A stretch of 64,000 bases of DNA from a virus. Below are positions 8,852 to 19,386 of the stretch, in pieces. Below the pieces are notes generated by a model. The model made no database searches. It was not told where the DNA came from and worked only from the letters and a program-made list of their open reading frames with translations. Where the stretch lies: UHGV virus genome UHGV-1366919; one strand, given 5' to 3'. Position numbers and translations under genes: made by a program. How positions within the stretch are numbered: position 1 is the first letter of the stretch; the number at the start of each line of letters is the position of its first letter.

Positions 8852-11725
8852 ATGTTGAATGGATTAGAAGATGTATTAAAGGCAGATACAGCAAAGAGTA
8901 CAAAAATTGATTGTACACAGTCAGTAGAAGAATATATTAATAAAAGTGACTGGCGTATATTTGCTAATGCTAATACAGGATATAGTAATGCTGGATTAGT
9001 AAATGGACTAGCTGGTAAAGTAATAGCCAATTATTGGTTAGATAAAGTTTATTCAAAAAAAGAGGGTGATGCACATAGAAATGGCGATTATCACATTCAT
9101 GATTTAGATTGTTTAAGTGGTTATTGTTGTGGTCATGATTTACAACGATTATTAAATGAGGGTTTTAATGGTGTAGTGGGAAGAGTAGGTTCAAAAGCAC
9201 CAAAACATTTTAGAGAAGCTTTATATCAAATGGCTAATTTCATTGGTATTTTACAAGCTGAATGGGGTGGTGCTCAAGCGTTTAGTTCTTTTGATACATA
9301 TCTTGCACCTTATGTTTTTTTTGATATGTATTATAGTGGTTTAACTTATAAAGATATTAAGAAAGCCATCTTAAATTTCATTTATAATTTAAATGTGCCA
9401 TCACGCTGGGGACAATCTCCGTTTTCAAATATTACAATTGACTGGATTGTCCCTAATGATATGTCTGCCCAATATCCTCTAAGAAATGATAAGAATTATT
9501 TTAAAACAATTTATGAAGATTTATCAGATGAAGAAAAAACAAAATTTAGAACGACAGTTATTGAAGAACTTAAAAAACGTTTAGAGAATATAGAAAATTC
9601 TATAGATAGTCTATTTGATAAAATAACATATAAGTTATTTCAAAAAGAAATGAATCTTATTAATAAAGCTTTTTATGAATGTTTAAACGAGGGCGATATT
9701 AATGGATTACCTTTTACATTCCCAATTCCTACAGTTAATATTACAGAAAATTTTGATTGGGATGGAGAAAATACTGATCTTCTTTTTGAAAATGCTGCAA
9801 AATATGGATCTTCTTATTTCCAAAATTTTATTGGTTCGCAATATAAACGAGATGAAAATGGTAATTTAGTTCCTGATCCAAATGCTTATAGTCCAAATGA
9901 TGTACGAAGTATGTGTCCACTAACTGGTGATACGGAAGTATTAACACTTAGTAACAGAGGTATTAGTAAGACACAAATAGTACATTTAAATGAAAATAGC
10001 CATAAAGTATTTTCTAATGGAAATTGGTTTAATTTTAAACGTATCGAAATTAAGCCACAAAAAGTATATGAAATTAAATTATCAAATGGTACTTCTATAA
10101 AAATGGGAGAACATCATTTACAACCAATATATGGTAGTACTAAAGAATGTAAAGATCTTAAAGTTGGTGATTTAATACCATTTAATAGTCAAATAATTAA
10201 TTGGGACAAAGCTGTTGGTGATTATCATCTTGGTTATGCAATCGGTGCTTATTATGGTGATGGCTCAACCGATGGTAATACTGTAATATATTCTCTTTCT
10301 GTTGATGAAAAAGATAATATAACTGAAGAAAAATTACGAAAATTTTGGACTTCTAATGGGTATCATGTTAAAACAATAAATGTTAACAATGTTCGTTCAA
10401 TAGTGGTTACTGGAAATGCTTTTAATTTAATTGGACGATTTTGTAGTGGTAATAATGCTCTTACTAAAGGTATTCACAGTTTAGCATTTAGTTTATCAGT
10501 AGATGCTCGTCAGGGAATTATAGATGGATATATTGCTACAGATGGTAATAAAGATCGCAGGCGAATTAGTACTTCATCCCAAGCAATGGTTAATGATTTA
10601 TTAACTTTGTTTACTTTACAGGGTAAAAAAGCTTTATTATCATCTATAGATAATCGTGAAAATCGTCTAGGAAGTAATCCAAATTATATTGTTTCTTATC
10701 CTGAAAAAGACAATTATAGTGATTTTTATCAAACTATTGATGGTATAATATATTTTATAATTAAAGAAATAAAAGAAATTCCGCAACAAAAACTTTATTG
10801 TATTGAGGTTGATAATGAAGATCATACATTTGTATTAGGTAACGGGATGATTACGCATAATTGTCGTCTTCAATTAGATAAGCGAGAATTACGAAAACGT
10901 GGAGGAGGCTTATTTGGTTCAGATGCACAAACTGGCAGCATAGGCGTAGTAACAATTAATATGGCCCGCCTTGGCTATCTTTACAAAGGTAACTTTCCGC
11001 TTCTTAAGAAAAAACTTATTCATTTAATGGAATTGGCTAAATCGACTTTAGAAAAAAAGCGTTCTTTTATTAATGAATTATATCTAAGAGGATTATACCC
11101 ATATACAAGACGATATCTTAAAGGCTTTAATACATTTTTTAGTACAATCGGCGTTAATGGAATGAATGAAATGGTTCGTAATTTTTCAAATGACGAATAT
11201 GATATTACTTCATATGAAGGCCAGAAAATGTGTATAGAACTATTAGATTTAATTCGCTCTAAAATGTCTGATTATCAAGAAGAAACTGGAAATCTTTATA
11301 ACCTTGAAGCTACCCCGGCAGAAGGAACAACTTATCGATTTGCCAAAGAGGATATTAAACGTTTTCCGGACATTATTCATGCTGGTACTGAAAAAGAACC
11401 TTACTATACAAATAGCTCTCAGCTCCCGGTAAATTTTACGGATGATCCCTTTGAAGCACTTGATAAGCAAGATGAGCTTCAATGCAAATATACTGGTGGT
11501 ACAGTAATCCATTTATATATGACAGAAAGACTTTCTAATGCAACAGCTTGTAAAAATCTTATAAAAAAGGTACTTACAAATTATCGCTTGCCATATATAT
11601 CTATAACTCCAACATATTCTACATGTCCAATACATGGTTATATTCCTGGAAATCATGAATTTTGTCCAAAATGTGACCAAATAATTTTAGAAGAATATGC
11701 TAAAGAAATTGATTTTAACGAATAA
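8852..11725 (+). CDS. nrdD: anaerobic ribonucleoside-triphosphate reductase (class III RNR) NrdD, intein-containing
   Basis: GDYHIHDLD... NrdD-type N-terminus and C-terminal zinc-ribbon TCPIHGY...FCPKC. 957 aa, or 641 aa without the intein. Confidence 0.85.
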   Translation: MLNGLEDVLKADTAKSTKIDCTQSVEEYINKSDWRIFANANTGYSNAGLVNGLAGKVIANYWLDKVYSKKEGDAHRNGDYHIHDLDCLSGYCCGHDLQRLLNEGFNGVVGRVGSKAPKHFREALYQMANFIGILQAEWGGAQAFSSFDTYLAPYVFFDMYYSGLTYKDIKKAILNFIYNLNVPSRWGQSPFSNITIDWIVPNDMSAQYPLRNDKNYFKTIYEDLSDEEKTKFRTTVIEELKKRLENIENSIDSLFDKITYKLFQKEMNLINKAFYECLNEGDINGLPFTFPIPTVNITENFDWDGENTDLLFENAAKYGSSYFQNFIGSQYKRDENGNLVPDPNAYSPNDVRSMCPLTGDTEVLTLSNRGISKTQIVHLNENSHKVFSNGNWFNFKRIEIKPQKVYEIKLSNGTSIKMGEHHLQPIYGSTKECKDLKVGDLIPFNSQIINWDKAVGDYHLGYAIGAYYGDGSTDGNTVIYSLSVDEKDNITEEKLRKFWTSNGYHVKTINVNNVRSIVVTGNAFNLIGRFCSGNNALTKGIHSLAFSLSVDARQGIIDGYIATDGNKDRRRISTSSQAMVNDLLTLFTLQGKKALLSSIDNRENRLGSNPNYIVSYPEKDNYSDFYQTIDGIIYFIIKEIKEIPQQKLYCIEVDNEDHTFVLGNGMITHNCRLQLDKRELRKRGGGLFGSDAQTGSIGVVTINMARLGYLYKGNFPLLKKKLIHLMELAKSTLEKKRSFINELYLRGLYPYTRRYLKGFNTFFSTIGVNGMNEMVRNFSNDEYDITSYEGQKMCIELLDLIRSKMSDYQEETGNLYNLEATPAEGTTYRFAKEDIKRFPDIIHAGTEKEPYYTNSSQLPVNFTDDPFEALDKQDELQCKYTGGTVIHLYMTERLSNATACKNLIKKVLTNYRLPYISITPTYSTCPIHGYIPGNHEFCPKCDQIILEEYAKEIDFNE
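9914..10861 (+). mobile_element. intein (316 aa) with LAGLIDADG homing-endonuclease domain inside NrdD
   Basis: N-terminal splice junction M|CPLTGDTEVL and C-terminal GMITHN|C. LAGLIDADG motifs LGYAIGAYYGDGS and IDGYIATDGN. Excised extein junction reads RSM-CRLQL. Confidence 0.75.
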
Positions 11726-11736
11726 TAATTTATAAT

Positions 11737-11904
11737 ATGAGTAAAACTGAATTATTGAAACAATTAGAAGCTAAACGTACACGTTGTCAAGTTTGGACGC
11801 GTGTAATGGGTTATCTTAGGAATACTGATAATTTTAATATTGGTAAAAAAGGTGAATTTAAAGAACGAACATTTTTTACTGAGTCAAAGTGTCGGTGTTT
11901 ATAA
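11737..11904 (+). CDS. stand-alone glycyl-radical domain of class III RNR (NrdD C-terminal module encoded separately)
   Basis: 55 aa MSKTELLKQLEAKRTRCQVWTRVMGYLRNTDNFNIGKKGEFKERTFF aligns to the NrdD C-terminus RRVCGYLGSPDARPFNAGKQEEVKRR. Follows nrdD after TAA TAA, in a different frame; all three frames carry stops in between. Confidence 0.6.
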   Translation: MSKTELLKQLEAKRTRCQVWTRVMGYLRNTDNFNIGKKGEFKERTFFTESKCRCL

Positions 11905-11936
11905 AAAATAAAAAATAAAAAATTAATATTAAAAAA

Positions 11937-11969
11937 TTAACTGATATAAATTATATCAGTTAATTTTTT
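11937..11969 (+). terminator. rho-independent terminator
   Basis: ttaactgatataa/ttatatcagttaa stem then TTTTTTAT. Confidence 0.5.
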
Positions 11970-11982
11970 ATACAATAATGAA

Positions 11983-12696
11983 ATGAATTTATTTGAAAAT
12001 AGAATAGGCGGCGTTGAACCATTTACGTTAATCGATTTTCCTAATAAAATAGCCGGTATTTTATTCTATACAAATTGTAATCTGCATTGTCCATATTGTT
12101 ATAATGTAGAACTTGTTAAGAATATATGTACTAAATTAAATTCTAACGACGTCCTTAATTTTATAAAAAAACGAAAAAATAAATTAGACGGTTTTGTATT
12201 TTCTGGAGGTGAATGTACTATACATGGTAATAATTTAATAAATGATATTATTTTTGTTAAAAACGCAGGATTTGACATTAAAGTTGATACAAATGGAACT
12301 AATCCTGATGTTATTCAAAAATTATTAAATTTAAATCTTGTCAATTATTTTGCTTTAGATTATAAAGCTCCTATTAATAAAAAAGATTTATTTTTTTCAA
12401 ATATACAAACCTATGATAATTTTATCAAGACATTATCTTTATTAAATTCTTCTGAAATTCCTTTTGAAATCAGAACAACAATTCATACTGATATTATTGA
12501 TGAAAATGATATTAATTTAATTCTAAAACATTTAGAAAGTATAAATTATAAAGGTAATTATTATATCCAATTTTATTTTAAAACTAAAAAAACTCTCGGT
12601 AACGTATCAAATAATCCAAGATATTTTGATATTACAAAAATTATTAATAAAAAAAATATTAATATCCAATATAGAAACATTGAAGCTAATATATGA
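11983..12696 (+). CDS. nrdG: anaerobic RNR activating protein NrdG (radical SAM)
   Basis: CNLHCPYCYN CxxxCxxC motif near the N-terminus; gene order nrdD then nrdG. Confidence 0.8.
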   Translation: MNLFENRIGGVEPFTLIDFPNKIAGILFYTNCNLHCPYCYNVELVKNICTKLNSNDVLNFIKKRKNKLDGFVFSGGECTIHGNNLINDIIFVKNAGFDIKVDTNGTNPDVIQKLLNLNLVNYFALDYKAPINKKDLFFSNIQTYDNFIKTLSLLNSSEIPFEIRTTIHTDIIDENDINLILKHLESINYKGNYYIQFYFKTKKTLGNVSNNPRYFDITKIINKKNINIQYRNIEANI

Positions 12697-13310
12697 GTGA
12701 ACAATCTAAAAATGAAGATTATATCTCCTTAATTGAATCTGAAAATGAAAAACATTTATTTTTCTCTGGATCATTAAACCGGCTTTCTGCCTTTAACTTA
12801 AATGGCCAGCTAGTTGCATGCGATATGGCTTATCGAGAAAAAAAAACTGAAAATGAATTTGGTTTTATACAAAAAGATGAACAAAAAGAAGTCAATGATA
12901 AACTTATTATTCATTTAAATTGTCCAGGAGGCCAGGTATCTTATGCTTTCTTAATTGCCGATGTTATTAAATCTTTAGAAATTCCTGTTTATTGTATGGG
13001 TGAAGGATCTATCGCTTCTGCAGGAATTGTCTTATTATTGGCCTGTGAAAAACGGACAGCTCTTCCTCATTGTACCTTTTATTTTCATGAAACAATTCAT
13101 TCTATTGAACAATTAAGCTTTGATGAATTAGAATCTTTTATGGAAGAGTCAAAGAGAGTTAATGAAGAGCTTAAAAATTATTATCGTATCAGAAGTAATA
13201 TATCTATAGCTGATATTGATACATTAATGAGGTCTGAGGCTATCATTAGTGCTTTAGAGGCATATAATAAAGGCTTTTTAACTGATTTACCAGGAACTAT
13301 TTTAGTCTAA
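12693..13310 (+). CDS. ClpP-family serine peptidase (likely prohead protease)
   Basis: LIIHLNCPGGQVSYAFLIADVIK...GEGSIASAGIVLLLACEKRTALPHCTFYFHE matches the ClpP core (INSPGG..., GxAAS.G, H). Confidence 0.65.
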   Translation: MSEQSKNEDYISLIESENEKHLFFSGSLNRLSAFNLNGQLVACDMAYREKKTENEFGFIQKDEQKEVNDKLIIHLNCPGGQVSYAFLIADVIKSLEIPVYCMGEGSIASAGIVLLLACEKRTALPHCTFYFHETIHSIEQLSFDELESFMEESKRVNEELKNYYRIRSNISIADIDTLMRSEAIISALEAYNKGFLTDLPGTILV

Positions 13311-13346
13311 TAAGTTAAAATAAAAAGGCCCATTAAATATTGACTA

Positions 13347-14063
13347 ATGGGCCTTAATAGCTTAAAAAATTTAGCCAATGGCTTGGCAGCTACTGGAGCT
13401 AATTTTAAAATTGGAGGATTTACTGTTAATCTTCCAACTCTTAATATTTTTAATTCAAATATTGAATCTCCTTCTACTGGAACTTTTATTGCATCAGCCG
13501 GTTCTATTGTTCAAACTTTAACTCAGGGGGCTAAAGGGGTTATGTGTATCGGGACACTTTTAATGAATCCCGATCAAATGTTAAAAGCCCTCAACCTTGC
13601 TGGAGATTTTATTCTTGGCCTTGGCCTTCAATTATTAAATGATGTTTATCGGACTTGCATGGCGCGAGTTAATAATATCCTTGCTACTTCTTATGGATTA
13701 GTTTTAGGATATTTTAAAACAATTAAAAACATTATTTCAGCCATCCAAGGTGTAGGAGATATACTCAACAATATCTACGAATTCTTTACCGACAGGTCAA
13801 AGAGTAAAGTAGATTTTATGATGAAAAGCGATGATTGCGCATACTTCATCGCTAACATTTTGCGCTGTATGATTGGCAAAATGGTTACTCCGTGTTTGAA
13901 TGAGCTACAACTTAAGGCAGATCAAAAAATTAATAATATTGCTGGAGGAATTGAAAATAAAATTACTCAAAATACTGAAGTTTTAAACTCAATGTCTTCT
14001 TATCTGAATAATCAGGCAATGTTTGTTAATAAATTCACTTCTCAAGTAAACTCTATATTCTAA
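13347..14063 (+). CDS. hypothetical virion protein
   Basis: 238-aa ORF in the structural block. Confidence 0.35.
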   Translation: MGLNSLKNLANGLAATGANFKIGGFTVNLPTLNIFNSNIESPSTGTFIASAGSIVQTLTQGAKGVMCIGTLLMNPDQMLKALNLAGDFILGLGLQLLNDVYRTCMARVNNILATSYGLVLGYFKTIKNIISAIQGVGDILNNIYEFFTDRSKSKVDFMMKSDDCAYFIANILRCMIGKMVTPCLNELQLKADQKINNIAGGIENKITQNTEVLNSMSSYLNNQAMFVNKFTSQVNSIF

Positions 14064-14064
14064 T

Positions 14065-14670
14065 ATGTCTAATAAATTATTTGGATCTTATATTGGGATA
14101 GTAATTGATGCTGTTGATCCAGAACATTTAGGAAGAGTTCAAGTTTTTATTCCAAGCTTGGATTGTAATTTAATAAGTTCTTTCACCGGACAAAGTTCTT
14201 ATATTTTTCCAGGAAACGATACAGGAGGAGATTTATCAATAAGAGATTTAAATCTTCTTAAAAAAAGTTGTGTCTGGGCATATACTTCTCAGCCTATTTT
14301 TGGAGGATCTTCAATTGGCCGAGTAAATGAGTCAACTGGAAAAACAACAGTTTCTGATTCTGTAACTGATACTGAAGCTTTTTCTATTTCGGAAAATGGA
14401 GAAGCTCCAAAAGCTTTTGGAGCAAAGTTCAACTATTATGGAGCAAGACATGATGCTTTCGCTGTTCCTTCTAATACATTAACTCAAAAAGGTAATTTTA
14501 CCGGAGAAGATTATTTTCCGGAAAATTATATTAACTCCCCTAAAGGTTCATTTTCTTTGCCTAATGTCGGTGCCAGAGTACTTGTCACTTTTATTGGCGG
14601 AATTAAAAATCAAGCAGTAATTACTGGTAAAGTTCCTTTTGCCCGAGAATATCAAATGATGATGGAATAA
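14065..14670 (+). CDS. baseplate spike/hub protein, gpV (gp5 N-terminal OB)-like
   Basis: GIVIDAVDPEHLGRVQVFIPSLD matches the gpV/VgrG N-terminal motif G.V...DP..GRV.V..P. Confidence 0.5.
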   Translation: MSNKLFGSYIGIVIDAVDPEHLGRVQVFIPSLDCNLISSFTGQSSYIFPGNDTGGDLSIRDLNLLKKSCVWAYTSQPIFGGSSIGRVNESTGKTTVSDSVTDTEAFSISENGEAPKAFGAKFNYYGARHDAFAVPSNTLTQKGNFTGEDYFPENYINSPKGSFSLPNVGARVLVTFIGGIKNQAVITGKVPFAREYQMMME

Positions 14671-14803
14671 TATAAGTTAACCATATCATTTTATACACCT
14701 TATAAATTTTTATTATTTTCATTTAGCGTTTTTCTTCTTTCTCAATAAGAAAAACGCTAAATGAAATAAACGAATTTATATAAAATTATAAAAACAGTAT
14801 CAT

Positions 14804-15427
14804 ATGCAAGTTTCCCCTAATACTAAATCTATTTTGGCTTCTCCCGGAGGTACTATCGAAGCTTCTGATACAGTTACTGGAAGTGTTCTTAATATTACTC
14901 ATCCGTCAGGATCTAATGTTCAATTCGGAGATCAAACAACCTCTTATTTTAATTCCGGGAAAAGTCAATCTTTAACACTATCTGATTCATTTGCAACAAT
15001 TTATGGAGGTAGTTCAACTTATATTAAAGGAACTGCGGAAATAAGAAATGAAGGAGATCAATTTAATTTAGTTGGACCTACTTCTATTATCCAGGAAGAG
15101 GTAATCGATAAATGGATTGAAGCTTATGGGCAAGGCATAGGGGCTCTCAAATCTCAATGGAGAGATAACCGGTTTGATTTAGCTATTACCGATTATCCAA
15201 TTAATACTGTTTATTCAGTTCCTTCCGGATTAAGCTCAGTTACAGTTTGTCCGCCATTATTGAATGGTACTGCTGAAAATAATAAAGATGCAAATACTAA
15301 AGCTGAATTCGAAAAAAAAATGATGGATGCCGGACAAAAAAGTACTGAAGAATTGCAAAAATCAATGATGGAAACTTATTCTAATTTTAATGCTAATGCA
15401 AAAGCATTGTATAATTTAAACAAATAA
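14804..15427 (+). CDS. hypothetical virion protein
   Basis: 207-aa ORF preceded by a CACCT motif (14694-14704) and a hairpin. Confidence 0.35.
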   Translation: MQVSPNTKSILASPGGTIEASDTVTGSVLNITHPSGSNVQFGDQTTSYFNSGKSQSLTLSDSFATIYGGSSTYIKGTAEIRNEGDQFNLVGPTSIIQEEVIDKWIEAYGQGIGALKSQWRDNRFDLAITDYPINTVYSVPSGLSSVTVCPPLLNGTAENNKDANTKAEFEKKMMDAGQKSTEELQKSMMETYSNFNANAKALYNLNK

Positions 15428-15429
15428 TT

Positions 15430-17112
15430 ATGGCAGACAGAGATACAGTAATTGTCGGCATTGGTCATTCTTCTTTACATCCAAATGCTACATCCCAGAA
15501 ATTGGTTAATCCCGGCTTATTAAAATTGGCCAAACAAGATTCTGGATATGATTATAAAAGAAATGTTATTACCGAATATTTCTATTGCCGAGGTTTAGCC
15601 TTAATGATTTGTGAAGAACTTTCTAAACTTGGGTTAAAAGGAGTAACTTCCAATCGTTATAAAGATTCTGATATTAATGGAGGGTCTATGCAAGATCGTG
15701 CAATGGGGGCGGAAATTTCTGCTATTAATAGGGCTCTTCCTTCTCTTAATAATCCTAAATGTGCTATTAATCTTCATTTAAATGCCTTTAAAGCTAATCA
15801 AGCTTCAGGTGCAGAAGCTTATTGTCCAAATACTGAGCATGGTAAAATTCTTGGACGGATGCTTAATAAGGCAGTAAGTAATACTCTTGGGATTAATTTC
15901 CGTAAAGTTGTTCCTGCTTCAGTTACTACTAAAGATCTTCCAGGAATGGGTTTTCCCCGCTCGGTTAGAGTACCTGGTGTCCTTTTAGAATTATTTTTTG
16001 TTGATAATAATGAAGATTTAAAAAAAGGTTTAGAAAAAAAGAAGGAATTAGCTGTTAATCTTGCAAAAGCTTTAAAAGATTTTTGTGATAAAAATTATCC
16101 TGCCTTTGATCCTAACCAGGCATTAGAAGAATCTTATGTCAAATCTTCAGCCTTAGTTCAGGATAAAATTCAAAATAAGGTAGATGATAACCAATTAAAA
16201 ACTATTGCTATTCAGACACAAGAAAATCTTCTTCCTATTGAAAGGGCATTAGGAGAAGGCGGAGATAATTATGATTATTATCTCAAAAATAATATTCGAA
16301 TTGTCGGTACTAAACCTGTACCGTTTACTCCATCATTAATTGATGCAACTGGGAATGTTACTACTACTATTACTTTAAGAGAAGGCGGAACAGTTAATAA
16401 ACAAATTCCTTATCCTTTATTTCAAAATACTGATTATACTTCTGACTTTCCTACCGGTAAAGAAATAGTATATGTTCAGACGCTTTATGAGATGAATTCC
16501 TATGAGATTAATTTTAATTCATCTGGACATACTCGCATCAATGCCGGAGGAAATGTAAAAATTACAGCAGGGCAGCAAGTTGATATTATTTCTCCTTATG
16601 TTCTTAATATGGAAGGTGGAGAAATAGTAAGTATTTCAGCAAATAATATTGCAGTCTCGGGCAATACTACAATAGAAGGAGTTCTTGGAGTTACTAAAGG
16701 CGTTATTTCTTCTGGTCCAATTTATGCCCAGGGAGGATTAGCTGCACCGGCTTTTAATGGTCCCGCAACTATTGATAAAACTAACGAGCAAGAATTATAT
16801 GGTTATCTTGCAGCAGCATTAGAATTAATGATTCAGCAAGGCAGAATCAATGTTAATGTAACTGGTACTTTAGCAACTGCTCCTATTTCAGAAGGTGCCA
16901 CTTCAATTACTGTCACTGGAGGTTCTTTAGACTTTACTGTTTTGGGAGGAGGAAGCTTAACAGTAAATGATGTTAAATCTGGATTAGGAGTTGAAGGTAA
17001 AGCTTTAGTAACTACACCGCCACATTTGCATTATTTTAAACGTCTTAATGGAACATTGGCAAATTCAGCCATAGATATTCAACAATCTGTCGCTCCTACT
17101 CTGAATCAGTAA
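15430..17112 (+). CDS. tail-associated lysin: N-terminal N-acetylmuramoyl-L-alanine amidase (Amidase_3-like) + C-terminal beta-helix/fiber-like region
   Basis: AINLHLNAF...GAEAY and VRVPGVLLELFFVDN match Amidase_3 motifs (SIHADA...; PAVLVELGFISN). C-terminal Gly/Thr/Val-rich repeats. Confidence 0.55.
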   Translation: MADRDTVIVGIGHSSLHPNATSQKLVNPGLLKLAKQDSGYDYKRNVITEYFYCRGLALMICEELSKLGLKGVTSNRYKDSDINGGSMQDRAMGAEISAINRALPSLNNPKCAINLHLNAFKANQASGAEAYCPNTEHGKILGRMLNKAVSNTLGINFRKVVPASVTTKDLPGMGFPRSVRVPGVLLELFFVDNNEDLKKGLEKKKELAVNLAKALKDFCDKNYPAFDPNQALEESYVKSSALVQDKIQNKVDDNQLKTIAIQTQENLLPIERALGEGGDNYDYYLKNNIRIVGTKPVPFTPSLIDATGNVTTTITLREGGTVNKQIPYPLFQNTDYTSDFPTGKEIVYVQTLYEMNSYEINFNSSGHTRINAGGNVKITAGQQVDIISPYVLNMEGGEIVSISANNIAVSGNTTIEGVLGVTKGVISSGPIYAQGGLAAPAFNGPATIDKTNEQELYGYLAAALELMIQQGRINVNVTGTLATAPISEGATSITVTGGSLDFTVLGGGSLTVNDVKSGLGVEGKALVTTPPHLHYFKRLNGTLANSAIDIQQSVAPTLNQ

Positions 17113-17371
17113 GTTTAGGCTTATAAGAATCTGATATGATAAAATTATTAAACTTCTTTGTATCAAAATCATAATCAAAGCTAATGCAAAGATAATAATT
17201 TCGAAAATTAATCAGCATATCTTCAAATTCAGAATAAGGAATCTTTTCCTTACAATATCTGATGAATTCTTTATACCCTTCTTTCCATTTATCAGGATTA
17301 GAGTTCATATTCTTTTCATTAAGAAACTTCCACAAATAAGTTTCTTCTTTAGTCAAATGTTCATATGCCAT
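17096..17371 (-). CDS. hypothetical protein
   Basis: 91-aa ORF. Confidence 0.3.
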   Translation of the reverse strand: MAYEHLTKEETYLWKFLNEKNMNSNPDKWKEGYKEFIRYCKEKIPYSEFEDMLINFRNYYLCISFDYDFDTKKFNNFIISDSYKPKLTDSE

Positions 17372-18077
17372 ACAGCCTCTTAACTTCTTTATAAAGATTA
17401 ATATTAGGATTATTCACGATAAATTTAAAATAATCATTGAATTTACCATATTCCTCTTCAGGAATAGGAGATGCTCCATATTTTAATAGATTTAAAATAA
17501 TATTTTTAGAGAACTTTTCAGAATCAGGCCAATTAATTCTTTCATGCTTAATATAGTTGAACCCGACAGTATTATAAATTAATTTATTTTTATATTTTGT
17601 AATAAATGGAATAATGTCTTCAGTCTTACAATAAATTGTAAAAAAATCTGATTTAAAATTAAAAAAGATATAATCTGAATTTAAAGAAATATTATCTTCA
17701 TCAATACTTTGAAAATTATTATTAATGATAATCCTATTAGACATATAGGTATTTTTCATTTTTTGCTTAGGAATAATTCTTTTCTGAGTTGACTTTACTT
17801 CAATTTTCTTGTTTGGAAATAATTTAGAGTTAATAATGTCACAACCAACTTCATATGCTACTTCCCCCTGTAAGATGTCAGCAATGATATATTCTTCTAA
17901 TTTTGATGTAACAAATCGGGATTCTCTGGAATTACAAGCTGTATTCAAATCTATATAACTTTGAAATCCATTCATTAATGATGAAAATGTCCGGAATTTA
18001 TCTGATTTTAATTTTTTCATTTTTTTATTCATTAAAAATATATTCTGAAAAATAATAGGTGACTTAGTAATCTTCAA
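17361..18077 (-). CDS. hypothetical protein
   Basis: 238-aa ORF. Confidence 0.35.
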   Translation of the reverse strand: MKITKSPIIFQNIFLMNKKMKKLKSDKFRTFSSLMNGFQSYIDLNTACNSRESRFVTSKLEEYIIADILQGEVAYEVGCDIINSKLFPNKKIEVKSTQKRIIPKQKMKNTYMSNRIIINNNFQSIDEDNISLNSDYIFFNFKSDFFTIYCKTEDIIPFITKYKNKLIYNTVGFNYIKHERINWPDSEKFSKNIILNLLKYGASPIPEEEYGKFNDYFKFIVNNPNINLYKEVKRLYGI

Positions 18078-18211
18078 GAATAATATATAAATTTTAATTG
18101 AGCACCACTGAAAATTCAGATTTAGCCTACATTCACAAATGTGAAATTTATTAATAAAAATATATTATAAAATTGATTTAAAATAATAAAAGAAATAATA
18201 GATCAAATTTA

Positions 18212-18838
18212 ATGGCTAATTTTTATGTTCCAAATTATACAGAAGAAGAATTTGAAGAATTAGATAATAAAGTTCTTCTTTTATCAAAAGAAAAATATAC
18301 TCAACTGGGAATTAAATTTAACGATTATAATCCAATAGTTGACACGAAGAAAATAATTTGTTCAATATCTTATAATGATCCAAAAGTTAATTATATTATA
18401 TATGATGATATTGAAAATGTAAAATTATTTGATGAACTTGGTGTAAATTTTTGGTATACAGTTCTTATTCACTATTTTTTACTTACTGCCAGAATAGGAT
18501 CAAATGAAGCTCAAGATAATTTAAAGTATTTCTTTAATATTTCGGCAAGAAAAGATAGGACAGCTTTAAACTTTCTTAAAGTAAATCAGAATAAAAATTC
18601 AGGGATATTTTTAAAAAAAGGCTATCTTACTGAAATTGCATATTATCTTTCTAAAAAAGATTTATCTAGTTTAAGATATAATTTTATTGCTCAAGATGTA
18701 TTAGATAAATTTTTTTATGTTTTTAAAAAGCTTGGGGAAAATAAAAATATTGAAATTAAAAGTAAAGATAAAATCTTGGTAAAAATTGGTATGGCAGCAT
18801 TAGAAGCAATTTTAACTTTTCCTGAAACATGCGTTTAG
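18212..18838 (+). CDS. hypothetical protein
   Basis: First of a run of overlapping/abutting plus-strand ORFs. Confidence 0.35.
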   Translation: MANFYVPNYTEEEFEELDNKVLLLSKEKYTQLGIKFNDYNPIVDTKKIICSISYNDPKVNYIIYDDIENVKLFDELGVNFWYTVLIHYFLLTARIGSNEAQDNLKYFFNISARKDRTALNFLKVNQNKNSGIFLKKGYLTEIAYYLSKKDLSSLRYNFIAQDVLDKFFYVFKKLGENKNIEIKSKDKILVKIGMAALEAILTFPETCV

Positions 18839-19386
18839 ATAATTATACTAGAAAAACTTTATCTGTACAAATAACATGCAATTATCAATATGGTAAAGGT
18901 GAGAGAGAACTTGGTATTTGGCGCATTTTTGATAAAAATATTGGAATATGTACAATTAATGAAGCTATTATCAATAATTTTAATGAGATAAAACAATATT
19001 ATGCAGTAAAATTTAAACCTATTCTTAGACAAATTAATATTTTAATTTGTTTTATTACTCCTAAACAGGAAAAGGCTCAATTAGAAAATCCTTATAAGGA
19101 TTTTCAAGGAGCTATGCTTATTGGAGAAAAATTCTGTATTGATGTAGAATATGGAAGAAATAATCAGTCAAAAGAAATATTTTTTTCATCTTCTACTTTT
19201 GAGTATATCAAAACAATTTATGATTTTCTTGATATAAATCTTTATAATGAAGATATATTAGAAAAATTTAAAGAAAAATGCTGTAATGTTTGCCATAAAA
19301 ATAAAAGAAAGTATTTGAAAGTTAATATACTGAAGTTTCTTTATTTTTGTAATGAAATTGGATATAAATGGTTACAGCACCATTAA
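18829..19386 (+). CDS. hypothetical protein
   Basis: 185-aa ORF. Confidence 0.3.
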   Translation: MRLDNYTRKTLSVQITCNYQYGKGERELGIWRIFDKNIGICTINEAIINNFNEIKQYYAVKFKPILRQINILICFITPKQEKAQLENPYKDFQGAMLIGEKFCIDVEYGRNNQSKEIFFSSSTFEYIKTIYDFLDINLYNEDILEKFKEKCCNVCHKNKRKYLKVNILKFLYFCNEIGYKWLQHH

